Counted from the stretch's first letter, positions 13,801 through 26,534 are shown. The stretch: DNA of 64,000 bases from Malacoraja senta (GCA_038087875.1 CM075994.1:5582001-5646000), one strand, 5' to 3'. Notes: generated from the sequence alone by a model not told the origin. Translations and numbers: made by a program.

Positions 13801-16800
13801 AAATGACTATGAAATATACTGAGAAACTTTCCTGTTTCGAAATGTCCGACAAAATTACGGTCTTATTATCCCCGAACTGCTTATAGGATATAGATATCAG
13901 CACGAATGATCTCTGCCTGAGATTAAAATAAATAATGTGAATCTAAAAGAATAAAAAAAATGTTCTACAAACTGCAAGTTGTTTTTCAGCATGATCACAT
14001 GGCTCTTAAGCCCGTGCACTGTAAAGTCGCAGATCTGTCTATGACGTTAACTCAAATTACCTAAAATTAAGTAAACATCCATCCCCGCCAACAGTACTAT
14101 TTTATCGAGTTGAACCTGTTTCTGCTAAGTACTGTCGCTTGTTTCTTTACTTGGAGCTTTAAACATTTCCAGATACATTTCTCACCAGAATCTTGCAAGT
14201 TTTCCTTCAATGTATTTATTTCTGGAAAATAAAAGAATAATAACGACGGTTGAGTCATTTATGTTCTTATCACAGCTAACTTATGAAGATGAATCTGTTT
14301 GTGACATAAATCTGGATGTACACATGATTTTCTTTATTCACTTCGTCTGTTTTATGAACTCAGGAAGAACGTGCAATTCCTGATCTATTTCGTTCGGTTT
14401 GTTGAATCAAATTATCACATAAATATGTAGGACAGCTTTCCATTGCATTTAACTCATGGTATCTGATGTCAATGTAAAATCATACACATCAATTTTGCAG
14501 GTATTTCCAAATCGAAAACGATGTATTATCTATCCCAGTCTATCACGTTCAGACTTAGGTATTTTATTTTGTCCAATATTATGGTCTTAATATTTGAGTG
14601 TATGAAAAGGCACTTGATGTTTTCAGTCGCCGCTTTATTATGTTTGATCATGTATTTGTGAATGTGGTTTTCTTACTATAATATCGAAAAGTGTATTGAC
14701 ACATTTACATCAATTGATATATTTCAAGTGTCTGGCAGTTTAAGCCTATTATTAGCCATGTCAGCAATCCATTGGACCATAGAGGATGTTCAGTCGTATG
14801 TTATCAACGATATGATATTTGAGGTATATTTGTTACTTAAGAAGGCGCTTCCCTTCGCCCGCTGTAACCTCGCACGTGGAGGGAATTGATTAATTATCCC
14901 TTCCACCCATATCGGATGTGTTAACAGCCAGGACAAAGGCGAATCAGTACCGACATGCAGCATAATTGAGCTGTCAAGGGCCCTATATAGAAGCATTGTG
15001 GAAGCTAATATTATGTTTGCTGTTTTATGCGCCCGTTTCATGGCCGAGGAAGGCATACGCATGAAATAACAGATTTAACTAACAAAGATATTTTCATCAC
15101 CATCTCAAGTGATATCTTGGAAATAAATTTAGGACTGGATTATGTGGTTAGAAATAGTCAAAGGTGAAAATGATTGGAGAATTCAACAACATATACTGCA
15201 AACTGAGTGCGAAATCGTTCTAACTTCACAGTATATCAGATTGCAGGTCGAATTTGGCTGCAGAACTGTGATATATATTCTGCATTCTGCAATTTTCCCT
15301 TTGATCTGTCTTTTGGACTTGTTTGACGTCTGCATTTATGTATGTTTCATCTGATGTCTTCGGATAGCATACAAATAAAACATCACTTAACCTCGGTGCA
15401 AACATCAAGAATAAAACCAAATCTCTCTGAAAGCGTTTGTGTGGTCAATTATGAATGAGTGTTTCATTTAAAATTTAACAGATGAGCCGCTGTAGGCCAT
15501 CGATGCTTAGTGGTCTTGACGGAATCAACATTATTGGAGAAAGGCTCATGTCAGTGGTCTAGTAAATTAAACACCAGACCACGCTGGTGGACAGGCTGAA
15601 CTGGCATTCCTTGGAAATGATTTTGAAAGATAATGGATAAATCAGGGAAGTGCTCCGTTATTGGAATAACTCTATAGTTAACGCATTAGCTTTTAGTCTA
15701 ATTAATTAGGATATCCTCTGTACTAATTGCTTAGATTGAAACAAGCAGGCTGTTTACTGAATAATGTCTATTCTTTTTATATTCCTGTCCAGGAAGGACA
15801 TTAAAAGGCTGTAAATTTATTGTTAGAGAATATAATATCCTTGGAACAACAAAGCCAGGAGAATGCAGATTGTATCTTCTAGCTGGCACCATGGACTTTT
15901 GTCACGGTTCTCTATGCAAGCTTACATTTTCCAATCCAATTAAGTTACACTCGCACGTTATGAATCGCAAACCACGAGAGTATAAATTAATACACGTTGT
16001 CATAATTAGTTTTACTCTATGAGGATGTCGGTGAAATTAACCACTTTTTCTTACCTTTATCTTTTAGAAGAAGTTGCCTCACTGGCAAAAAAAAAGAACA
16101 AACCAATTGTAAACATGCTGTCTTATAAATTGTCACCATATCAAAGTTGTATACATAATTGTCTTAAATTATACAATCAGTCAAGGCATGATGAAGTGAT
16201 TCGCAGACCGGAGCAAAATCTGTGTTTATATTATTGGAGGATTGTATTTGATTCTAAATATAAGCGGCGTTGCGGGACATACATCAAACTAAACGTCACA
16301 GCATGGAAGTAAGGATACTATTAAGAACGCTTTTGCTGTAGTAAACCATTTCCATTATAGCGTTCTATCATAATAACTTTACGAAGTAGAAATGTACATT
16401 AAGGTGTGGAATGGATAATGGAATGGGTATGCATTTCTTTGCACCTCAAAACCCTCCGTAGCCAATCATTCTCATCCTTTGACACGGGGACAGGAAAGCC
16501 GTTGCGAATCCAGCCGCGGTTTGCATTTTGTGAACAGCCTGGTCACCGCGACCGCATTCTCTCGAAAGGCGGCTCGGAAGTTATGTTGGAAAGCGATCTT
16601 TATTTACCGATGAATGTCAATTAGATGAGAGCAATGAATGAAGTGCAGCTGGCAGCTGAGCGAAATCCCGAACATTCTCGCTTCAGTGATCAGTCTGCAT
16701 CACTTGGGTTCGGTACATGATGAAGGGCAAAGAGGGGGTCAGGTACATTTGCTCATCCAGTTGCTTGTCAACATGCAGCTAACAAGCATTTTCACCGTGC

Positions 16801-19800
16801 TAAGCTAATTGCTAATATCCCACAGACGATGGGAATCTCCGATGTCATTTATCAGCTTTATTTATGTTTTTACTTTTTGAGGTACAGCGTGAAAACAGGT
16901 CTTTCAGTTCACCGAATCCACCGAATGACCGCCATCGGTACCCAGTCGCACTAGTTCCATGTTTCCGCACTTACATCTCCACAACCTGCTTAGAGGGAGC
17001 AATTTACAGAGGCCAATTAACCTGCAAACCCGGACGACTTTAGGATGTGGGAGGAAAACGGAGCATTTGAAGGAAAATCATGCGGTCATTGGTAGAGTAT
17101 GCACAATCCACACAGACAACGCACGATATCAAGATCTAACCCAGGTGTCAGGCACATTAAAGCATGAATTCAACCAGCTGCGCCACCGTGCCGCCCTGTG
17201 CCATTTTTTTCGGAGACAGCCGGTCGATAGGTACTAAATTGCGCATGGAGTAAATGAGGTCCTTGAGGAGTATAAAGAATGTAAAAAGTATCTTAACAAA
17301 TACATTAGAAAAGCTAAAAGAAGATATGAGGTTGCTTTGGCAAGTAAGGTGAAAGTAAATCCAAAGGGTTTCTACAGATATATTAATAAGAAAAGGATAA
17401 CATTTGTCCATTAGAGAGTCAGAGTGGACAGCTATCTGCAGAGTCAAAAGAGATGGGGGAGATATTGAACAATTTATTTTCTTCGGTATTCACCAAGGAG
17501 AAGGATATTGAATTATGTGAGGTAAGGGAACCAAGTAGGGTAGCTATGGAAACTATGAGGATCAAAGAAAAGGAAGTACTGACACTTTTGAAAAATATGA
17601 AATTGGATAAGTCTCCAAGTCCTGACAAGGATATTCCCTAGGACATTGAGTGAAGTTAGTGTAGAAATAGCAGGGGCTATGACAGAAATATTTCAAATGT
17701 CATTAGAAACGGGAATGGAGCCGGAGGATTGTCGTACTGCGCATGTTGTTCCATTGTTTAAAAAAGGTTCAAAGAGTAAACCTGGAACTTCCGGTGGGGG
17801 CGGCAAGTTGGAGTAGTCGCACTTTTTCCAGCTCCCGACCTTTTCACCTCCAACTTTTATTACAGCTCAGTCTAAGTTTTTTAACCACCCACAAACATTT
17901 AAACATCATTGTGAGTACCTCTCTATGCTGTAAAGATGCCAAACAAAGGAAAGAAAGCGGAGCAAAAGACAGAAAACCCGGCGACCAGCACCAGCACCAG
18001 TATGGCCACGCTAGCAGCCATGTTAACAGAACATAAGGTATTGTTACTGGCAGAATTCAACACTGCGTTTACCAAATTGGAAAAGAAGCTGGACAATATC
18101 CAGACCACTATGCTAGACCACCAACACCGTCTCTCGTCATTAGAGTCTTTCGCCGCTACCACTACCCAAGATATACGAGCTTTAACGTCAATGTTAACTA
18201 CGGTGACCGAAGAGAACGCCAAGCTAAAGGCTAAGCTTATCAGCCTGGAAAGTAGGAGTCGCCGAAATAACATAAGGATAGTGGGTCTTCCAGAGAATAT
18301 CGAGGGCTCCCAAACAACAGCGTTTTTCTCTCAATTTCTGCTCGAGACTCTTGGTGAGCACATACTGGAATCAGCCCCGGAGCGAGACCGAGCCCACCGT
18401 ACGCTAACAGCCAAGCCAAGCCCTGGTGAGAAACCCAGAGCAGTTGTGATCTGCTTTCATAGATACCAGACCCGTGAGTTGGTGGTACGTGAGGCTCGGA
18501 GGCAGAGGGGTAAGCTGAAATACAAAGATACCCCGTTCCACATTTTCGAAGACTACTGTCCCGAGATAGTTGAACAACGCTTCGCGTACCGAGACGTTAT
18601 GAAGGAGCTGTATAACCTGGGTTTCAAACCCTCCCTTCATTATCCAGCCAAGCTGTTCATTACGTCCGGGGAGGGAAAGAGGCGACGACTAACATCTCCC
18701 GAGGACGCTCGGGATTTCATCTCATCTTACCGTCGACGCAGACCGGGACCCACAGATGACTGACTTCGTTCAGTACGTCTATATTCGAGTGGCACAGGGG
18801 CACGGTTAACCTATGGTTACATGGACTAACTTTAGCTTGACTGTTCCTAATATCTAGCTAAGGTTAGCGTTCAGCATTGCTGATTATGTTAGACCCCGGC
18901 TTCGAAATGTATGAGGCTGGTAAGAAATCATCAGGATTTGCGAATATTTTATATCAACTTTTTCTTATATTGTCTGGGTGTGACCATGCTTGAGGGGTCC
19001 CTCACCAGCATATGCTATAAAGCTGGGCTTAAGGGACCCACTTTGTGGTTTGTGATTTGGTCTCTGCCTTTCTGTTCTTAGCAGCTGGCCGCTAACGCTG
19101 TCAGCACCTGGCTAGTTTGTTTATACTAATCTTCATAATGAACTGTCTGGGGCTGATAAGAGCTCATTACAGCCAGGACTGTGTTATACAAATCTTATTT
19201 TATACCTTTTTTGTTTAACAAAACATAATTGATGCCTTTGGCGTTGCGCCCTAATCCAACAGCCCAGTTTGTAATTTGCTAACTTCACCAATGCTAACTC
19301 TCTCTTTATACTTTGTCGATTTTAAGACATACTATGCAACACCAAAGGAAGTTATTCTGGCTCCACTTACACGCTAACCGGTTTACTTAGTATCACCATT
19401 TTGTTAATAGGCTTTGTCTTATTGTGACTATCATCATTGCTATTATTACTATTAGTGTTAGCAATGGTACTGGCAGTACAACCATTATGATTATTATTTT
19501 AACCTTGCATTTATCAATGTATGTTTATCTTACTTCATTCCTATTCTCTGTTTTTCATATTATTATCATCATCGTTATTATTACTATTACTATACTTATT
19601 TTATTTCATGTTACATTATCGACACTGAGTGACTCCGTCGCTTTGGGAAGCTGTGATATAGGGAGTTAAGATCGGATATCTCCATGCGGAAGCGAGGACA
19701 ACGCACCTTGGTGCAATGGGCACTTAAGGTTCAGTTGACACATGGGGGATCTCAGGTCTGGAGACTCAGGTTTGAAAGATGGTTAAATGAAATGTGTCCC

Positions 19801-19893
19801 ACTTGTTTGTCGTGTGTATATGTTTTTGTTCTTGTTTTTTTGTTTTTTTGTTTTTGTTTTATTTTACTTCACATATATATATATATATGTATG

Positions 19894-19928
<35 letters not shown>

Positions 19929-22900
19929 CCCCCCCCCCCTCCATATCCCCACTCTTGGCAGCTGGTTTCGATGCGCTCTTCCGTCGCGTTCTGCAGAACT
20001 ACAGTGCATTACCCATATAGCTAAAAATGGCCAACACAAACGATACTCTTAGATTTGTCTCGTGGAACGTGAGAGGGATGGGAAGTCCTACCAAAACTGA
20101 CAGGATCTTGGCCCATTTGCAACAGCTCAAAGGCGATATATTCTTTATCCAATAGACCCACCTTCGCAACAGAGAGGTAACACGGCTTAAGAGAGGCTGG
20201 ATTTGTCAACTATTTCACTCGAAATTTAATAATAGGGCTAGGGGCACCGCTATCTTGATTCGTAAGAACATTAAGTTCGAACCACAGAAAACTGTGGAAG
20301 ACCCTGCTGGTCGCTTTGTCATGGTGTCGGGCAAACTGCAAGACACACCTGTCATATTGGCAAGCATTTATGGACCCAACTGGGATGACAGCTCATTTAT
20401 AACTAAATTTTTTACATCTCTCCCAAATATTGAAAATCACCATGTCATTGTGGGTGGACATTTTAATCTGGTCCAAGATCCTATACTGGATAGATCTTCG
20501 AATAAAGCCTCTACTTTAACTAAATCCGGTAAGACTCTGCGTGTTCTTGCCAAACAACTGGGGCTCACAGATCCATGGAGATTTATATCCCCCACGACTA
20601 AATTATTTTCATTTTTCTCCCATGTACATCGTACGTTTACCCGTATAGACTTCTTTCTCTTAGATAATAGATTGCTCTCCAAAATCAAATCCAGTGAGTA
20701 CCATAGCATCGTAATATCAGATCATGCTGCGACCTCCCTGGATCTTCATTTTTGTAAACGAACTAACCCTTTAAGTGGAGGTTCAACTCCTTATTAAAAT
20801 AAAACTATTAGCAGAGGCTCACTACATGCAATTCTTGCACTCTCAAATCACCCTATATTTTGAGCTGAATGACTCGCCGGACATAGAAAAGAGGTATACT
20901 TTGGGAAGCTTCAAAAGCTTATATTAGGGGCCAACTCATTTCCTTTATCTCCAACCTGAAAAGAACCGAGACGTTCCAAACGGCAGATCTGTTACAAAAA
21001 AATAAAGGACATTGATGACAAATATGCATCCGACCCAAACCCTAATCTCTATAGAGAACGCCTTAGGCTACAAACAGACTTTGACCTCATATCCATTAAC
21101 AAAGCCAAACTACGACTGCTTAAATCTAGGCAACACTTTTTTGAATCTGGGGATAAAGCTGGAAAGCTCTTGGCCCATCAGGCCAGAACAGAGGCGACTT
21201 CACGGCTAATTCCAGCCATTAGATCCAGCTCAGGGGAGACTCATACTGATCCTCTCAGAATTAATGAAGCATTTGCTAAATTCTACACTGAATTATACAC
21301 TTCCGACTGTCCCCCCACTGCAGGTGACATGTTCAGTAGTATGAGGCTTCCTCGAATTTACGAAGAAGCTATGAGAGACTTGGGTGGTCCCATAATTGTA
21401 GCTGAGGTCCAAGCAGCCATCACATCGCTGCAAAGCGGAAAGTCACCCGGCCCTGACGGCTTCTCCGTAGAATATTACAAAGCTTTCTCTGACCTCCTTG
21501 CACCAGTCCTGAGAGATATGTATAATGAGGCGTTTTTACACCGTCGCCTACCGCCCACCTTGTCGTGGGCTACCATCTCCCTAATTCTTAAAAAGGAGAA
21601 AGATCCCCTGCTTTGTGGTAGCTATAGACCAATCTCGCTCCTGAATGTGGACCTCAAAATCCTTTCTAAAGTTCTTGCGCTTCGTCTTCAGCAAGTGATG
21701 CCCTCTATTATCTCGTTGGATCAAACAGGGTTTATACCTGGCCGACAGTCTTCCCATAATACTAGGCGTCTCCCTTAACATCATTCACTCTTCGAGTAAT
21801 GAGACCCCGGAAATGGTGGTCTCCCTCAATGCCGAAAAGGCCTTCGACAGGGTTGAGTGGAGGTACCTTTATGAAGCGATGGATAGGTTGGCCTCGGCAA
21901 CAGTTTTATTCTCTGGGTGAGCCTATTATATTCGTCTCCGGTGGCCTCAGTACAAACAAACGACATACTGTCGCCCCACTTCACACTTCAGAGAGGTACC
22001 AGACAGGGTTGCCCGTTATCTCCACTCTTGTTTGATGTCGCGATAGAACCCCTGGCGGTCTGGTTACGCGCAGAGAAGGGCTTTGAAGGTATTACACGGT
22101 TTGACACAACTCATAAAGTCTCATTGTATGCGGATGACCTGCTCTGTACATCTCGAACCCAGTCAGTTCTCTCCCTGTGATTATGAATATTTTAGAACGG
22201 TTTGGTGCATACTCTGGTTATAAACTTAACTACCAAAAGAGTGAGCTACTACCGATTAACTTACCGGCTAAGCAGCTCCCTCGCTCTTTAACCTCATTCA
22301 AAAGGGCAGAGGATGGGTTTCGCTATCTCGGCGTTTTTATCACAATACCCTTATCTGATATGTTCCGCACAAACTTTTTGCCTCTGGTTGAGAAAGCCGA
22401 AAAGGATTTTGATCGCTGGTCAGTCTTACCTCTATCCCTCGTGGGCCGGATAAATCTGGTTAAGATGGTTGTCCTACCCAAATTCCTGTATCTTTTCCAA
22501 CATATCCCCATACTTATCACCAAATCTTTTTTTGACAAATTAGAAAGGACAATATCTAAATTCATATGGGGTAGCAAACCGGTCAGAATCCGAAAGGCGA
22601 TACTGCAGTCTCCTAAGTGTGATGGCGGTTTGGCCCTCCCTGATTTTAGGCGATACTACTGGGCAGCTAACTTGCAAAAAATCCTGTATTGGATGAATGA
22701 TGATTGCGAGCACCCACCGATCTGGGTATACATGGAAAAGGCGAGTTCACGTCTCCCATTCCGGTCTGTCTTAGCTCCCAACTCCCTCTTTCTATAACAT
22801 CTGTGGGTGCAGGCCCAATTGTGTCCCTTTCGCTCAAGATATGGTGCCAATTTAGGAAAAACCTCGGTTTACAGGGTCCTTCCATCTTGACCCCACTGCT

Positions 22901-25900
22901 TAAAAATCACATTTTTAAAACCTTCAAGTATAGACCACGCATTTAAAAACCTGGCATAGCAATGCATCAGTAGTATTAAAACCTATATAAGGATGGTATC
23001 TTCTCATCTTTCGCGGAGCTCTCGTCTAATTACAACCTCCCAGCCTCCCACCTTTTTCGGTTTTTCCAGATTAGGGACTTTGTGAAGAAGACATTTCCCT
23101 ACTTCCCAAATCGCCCTCCTGAAACCCTGACCGATATCATCTTAGCTTTAGACCCCAATCGGAAGAAATGCATCTCTATTTTATATAATTTGCTAGGGTC
23201 GGTTTTAATGAAACCTCATACCTCATTAAAAGCTGTGTGGGAGGGAGAGCTGAATACGCAATTAACAGACCAGCAATGGGACTCTGTCTGGATTTGACCC
23301 ACTCTTCTTCTATATGCGCTCGTCATGGCCTAATCCAATGCAAAGTCCTTTACAAAGTCCACTATACAAATGTAAGATTGGCTAGATTGTACCCAGCTGT
23401 CAATGACACCTGTAACAGATGTAGTCAATCTCCCGCCAACCATAGCCACATGTTTTGGTCTTGCCCTAAGCTAGCAGCCTTTTGGAGGAGTGCTTTTGAA
23501 TTGATAAGTAGAGCTTATGACCAGACTATTCTTCCAAATCCAATGTCAGCCATTTTCGGTACCCCTCCTAATACCAACCTCTCTGTTGCGGTGAAACGGT
23601 CCTAGCTTTTACAACCTTGTTAGCCCGGAGACTGGATCTTGCTTAATTGGAGGCTCACCTGTCCCCCGACACACGCCCGTTGGATTAAAGAGGTGCTCTA
23701 CAATCTGAAACTTGAAAAACTTAGGTTCTCTCTCAAAGGTTCTATCAAGACATTCCTAGATACATGGAACCCTTTCCTTGAATTGGTTAACTCTCTTACC
23801 TTGTCCCCGGACTCGGAAGAGGACTGAGTGTTCTCCATCATCGTTTTGTTCTACAGCAGCTGCTTTCCCCTTAACCTCCCCTCCCTACAATGGTTTATTG
23901 AGATATAAACGTATATGTATATGTATGTCTTAATGAATTTAGAAAAAATATTGATTGAGATTTTTATGTATATATATATATATATATATATTTTTATTTT
24001 TTTTTTATTTTTATTTTTTATTTTTTTTTTTTTTTTATTTTTTTTATTTTTATATAGCACATTTTGTTTCGTCTATTCTACCATTTGTGTGTGGATGTGT
24101 ATGTATGTGAGTGCTGTTTGTCCTCGTTTGGCTCCGACCTGACTTGGGTGGGTTGAGGGTGGGTATGGGTAAGGGTTTTGAGGATCGCTTACATACTGTT
24201 GTACAATTATGCCTTGATTATTACTGTCCGTTATTATTGTATGTATGTAAATTGCCGTGAAATTCAATTAAAAATTGTTTATTTAAAAAAAAAAAAAGAA
24301 ACAAAGAGTAAACCTGGCAATAGTAGACCTGTTAGTTTGACGTATATGGTGGGCAAATTAATGGACAGGATATTTATAGATAATATATATAATCATCTGG
24401 ATAAACAAGGTCTGATTAGGAACAGGCAACATGGATTTGTGCCTGGAAGGTCATGTTTGAGTAAGCTTCTTGAATTTTTTGAAGAGGTTACTAGGGAAAT
24501 TGATGAGGGTAAAGCAGTGGATATGGACTTCAGTAAGGCCTTTGACAAGGTTCCACGTGGAAGGTTGGTTAAGAAGATTCAATTGTTGGGTATTAATAGT
24601 GGAGTAGCAAGATGGATTCAACAGTGCCTGAATGGGAGATACCAGAGAGTAATGGTGGATAACTGTTTGTCAGGTTGGAGGCTGGTGACTAGAGGGGTGC
24701 CTCAGGGCTCTGTGTTGGGTCCACTGTTGTTTGTCATATACATCAATAATCTGGATGATGGTGTGGTAAATTGGATTAGTAAGTATGCAGATGGCACTAA
24801 GATAGGTGGAAATTGTGGATAATGAAGTAGATTTTCAAATTCTACAGAGAAATTTAGGCCATTTGGAAGAGTGGGCTGAAAGATGGCAGACGTAGTTTAA
24901 TGCTGATAAGTGTGAGGTGCTACATCTTGGCAGGACAAATCAAAATAGGATGTACATGGTAAATGGTAGCGAATTGAGGAATGCAGTTGAACAGAGCGAT
25001 CTAGGAATTACTGTGCATAATAATAATAATAATGGATGGGATTTATATAGCGCCTTTCTAATACTCAAGGCGCTTGTGCATGGTTCCCTGATGGTGGGAT
25101 CTCATGTAGATAGGGTGGTAAAGAAAGTTTTTGGTTTGCTTACCTTTATAAATAAGAGCATTGAGTATAGAAGTTGGGATGTAATGTTAAAATTGTACAA
25201 GGCATTGGTGAGGCCAATTCCGGCGTTTGGTGTACAATTTTCGTCGCCAAATTATAGGAAAGGTCAATAAAACAGAGCGAGTACAGAGGAGATTTATTAG
25301 AATGTTGCCTGGGTTTCAGCACCTTAGTTACAGAGAAAGGTTGAACAAGATAGGTCTTTATTCTTTGGAGCGCAGAAGGTTAAGGGGCGACTTGATAGAT
25401 GTCTTTAAAATTATGAGAGGGATAGACAGAGTTGACGTGGATAAGCTTTTTCCATTGAGAGTAGGGAAGATTCAAACAAGAGGACATGATTTGAGAATTA
25501 AGGGACAAAAGTTTAGGGTAACATGAGGGGGAACCTCTTTACTCAGAGAGTGCTAGATGTGTGGAATGACCTTCCAGTGGAAGTGGTGGAGGCAGGTTCG
25601 ATTTTATCATTCAAATATAAATTGGATAGGTATATGGACGGGAAAGGAATGGAGGGTTATGGTCTGAGTGCAGGTAGATGGGACTAGATGAGAGCAAGTG
25701 TTCGGCACGGACTAGAAGGTCCGAGTTGGCCTGTTTCTGTGCAGTAATTGTTATATGGTTATATGGAAAAGGAGAACATGGCTTAAAACATCACAATGGG
25801 CATTACCATAGACAAACGCAGCACCTAAAAAGATTTTCACGATCCTCCACTCCTGTGATCTTGCGCCGTTTTCAAATCCAGTTGTGATGTTATTAGTATA

Positions 25901-26534
25901 TAAGCTTGTAAGGCTTTGAGCGGGTTTCTACATCCCTCAATTTGCAGTTTTTTTTCCTGCATCTGTATGTTCCCCTAATGCACGGAAATATTTCTGTGAA
26001 CCTAAACTGATTGACCAGCAAAGTAATAGGAGTGTGATAAAAGTTCGAGGGGCTCTATATAAAGAAAAATTAGTGTAATAAAACAACTAGAAAAATTCTA
26101 CAGGTTCCGAGAATAACTTGTGATATGTCAGGCGGATAGATTGCTTACAAATGATGTGCAAGGGAAACGCACGCTTTCAGAGCATAAACATGGAGGCAGA
26201 AAGCAAGAAGCGCCGAAGACCAGTTTATTTCTATCTGACCAAGAAGGAAATACATTACCTCTTTGCAATGCATCCCCTACCACTCCTATGTCTGCATACA
26301 TCAGATATAGGCAGGATTTTACGAATGTGGATTTAGAAATATAGCTCTATCCACACCAGGAAACGAATATATATTAAATATCATGTAAAAATTACTTTCT
26401 CAATTGTGCGACGGAGGTAATGTAACACAGCTTATATTTGCATCAATAGCGTCATTGTGCGGGCATTTGCTCACGCATTTAATTAAATTACATTCTTAAT
26501 TGCTTACGGGTATCTTGTAGAAGTTTTTTGAATT
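4774..26534 (-). CDS. Partial multi-micro-exon gene A (coiled-coil tail, butyrophilin/BG-like architecture; hypothetical)
   Basis: Six strong AG/GT-bounded phase-1 exons of 27 or 36 nt: 26508-26534, 16055-16081, 14186-14221, 13390-13416, 9886-9921, 4774-4809. Weaker 15-18 nt candidates: 25807-25824, 9534-9548, 9355-9372, 9124-9141. Spliced frame is open: xFKKLLQDT..xRQLLLKDK-EINTLKENLQDS-ESDIRKKDV-ELDELKRRLRDQ..xIEQIQAIRKDV. Confidence 0.7.
6594..9020 (-). mobile_element. CR1 LINE, 5'-truncated, degenerate ORF2
   Basis: RT motifs DFQKAFDK and SKFADDTKLGG; (catagaaa)n tail. Confidence 0.9.
9886..9921 (-). CDS. Gene A micro-exon, 36 nt (ELDELKRRLRDQ)
   Basis: Acceptor ttttgatgttacag, donor gtgagc, phase 1-1. 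Confidence 0.7.
11262..13290 (-). mobile_element. CR1 LINE, 5'-truncated
   Basis: NYRPVHLTS, QHGFTKGKSCLTNL, GVPQG and KFADDTKL motifs; (catagaaa)n tail. Confidence 0.9.
13390..13416 (-). CDS. Gene A micro-exon, 27 nt (ESDIRKKDV)
   Basis: Acceptor ttttttttcttgcag, donor g|gtaata. Confidence 0.7.
14186..14221 (-). CDS. Gene A micro-exon, 36 nt (EINTLKENLQDS)
   Basis: Acceptor cttttattttccag, donor g|gtgaga. Confidence 0.7.
16055..16081 (-). CDS. Gene A micro-exon, 27 nt (xRQLLLKDK)
   Basis: Poly-T acceptor ending gccag, donor aag|gtaaga; 21/27 identical to the plus-strand exon 63415-63441. Confidence 0.8.
16870..17200 (-). mobile_element. tRNA-derived V-SINE/HE1-type SINE
   Basis: Head ggcggcacggtggcgcag with the conserved body. 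Related copies at about 31010-31270, 31790-31950, 35300-35560, 39290-39575, 45330-45520, 50610-50840, 54985-55290, 56865-57165, 60775-61060, 61180-62110 and 63210-63390. Confidence 0.7.
17936..18763 (+). CDS. L1 ORF1p (Transposase_22-type coiled-coil/RRM/CTD), intact, 275 aa
   Basis: LESRSRRNNIRIVGLPE, RAHRTL and IFEDY motifs. Confidence 0.9.
   Translation: MPNKGKKAEQKTENPATSTSTSMATLAAMLTEHKVLLLAEFNTAFTKLEKKLDNIQTTMLDHQHRLSSLESFAATTTQDIRALTSMLTTVTEENAKLKAKLISLESRSRRNNIRIVGLPENIEGSQTTAFFSQFLLETLGEHILESAPERDRAHRTLTAKPSPGEKPRAVVICFHRYQTRELVVREARRQRGKLKYKDTPFHIFEDYCPEIVEQRFAYRDVMKELYNLGFKPSLHYPAKLFITSGEGKRRRLTSPEDARDFISSYRRRRPGPTDD
20027..23827 (+). pseudogene. L1 ORF2 (APE endonuclease, RT, Zn knuckle), disrupted
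   Basis: SWNVRG, RIDFFL, ISDH, KSPGPDGF, YRPISLLN, GTRQGCPLSP, YADD and CNRC..H..WSC motifs; nonsense codon near 20153 and several frameshifts. Confidence 0.9.
25019..25074 (-). mobile_element. 56-bp 3' end of an L2-tailed SINE inserted in CR1, 7-bp TSD
   Basis: Matches the 3' end of the SINE at 31333-31673; TSD tgtgcat at 25012-25018 and 25075-25081. Confidence 0.85.
26508..26534 (-). CDS. Gene A micro-exon, 27 nt (xFKKLLQDT)
   Basis: Acceptor ttgttatgtcattcag, donor gtaagc; first 13 nt are 11/13 identical to exon 60571-60597. Confidence 0.65.

Larger units (their letters stand above)
17786..24301 (+). mobile_element. Full-length L1-clade LINE with 16-bp TSD
   Basis: TSD caaagagtaaacctgg at 17770-17785 and 24302-24317; has 5'UTR, ORF1, ORF2, 3'UTR and a poly-A tail. 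Confidence 0.95.
17235..25765 (+). mobile_element. CR1 LINE split by an L1 insertion (17235-17785 + 24302-25765)
   Basis: ORF2 reads continuously across the insert (VVPLFKKGSKSKPG | NSRPVSLT..QHGFVPGRSCL); (ttatatgg)n tail. Confidence 0.9.

Noticed and set aside
14662..15070. IgV-like hints (AIHW..LARGGN*LII..VNSQDKGE..C)
   Set aside because: Spacing is poor, it is antisense to gene A, and there are no matching splice sites; likely chance.
16019..16312. 97-aa plus-strand ORF ending GTYIKLNVTA
   Set aside because: Lacks the canonical Ig cysteine/tryptophan pattern and overlaps a better-supported minus-strand exon.
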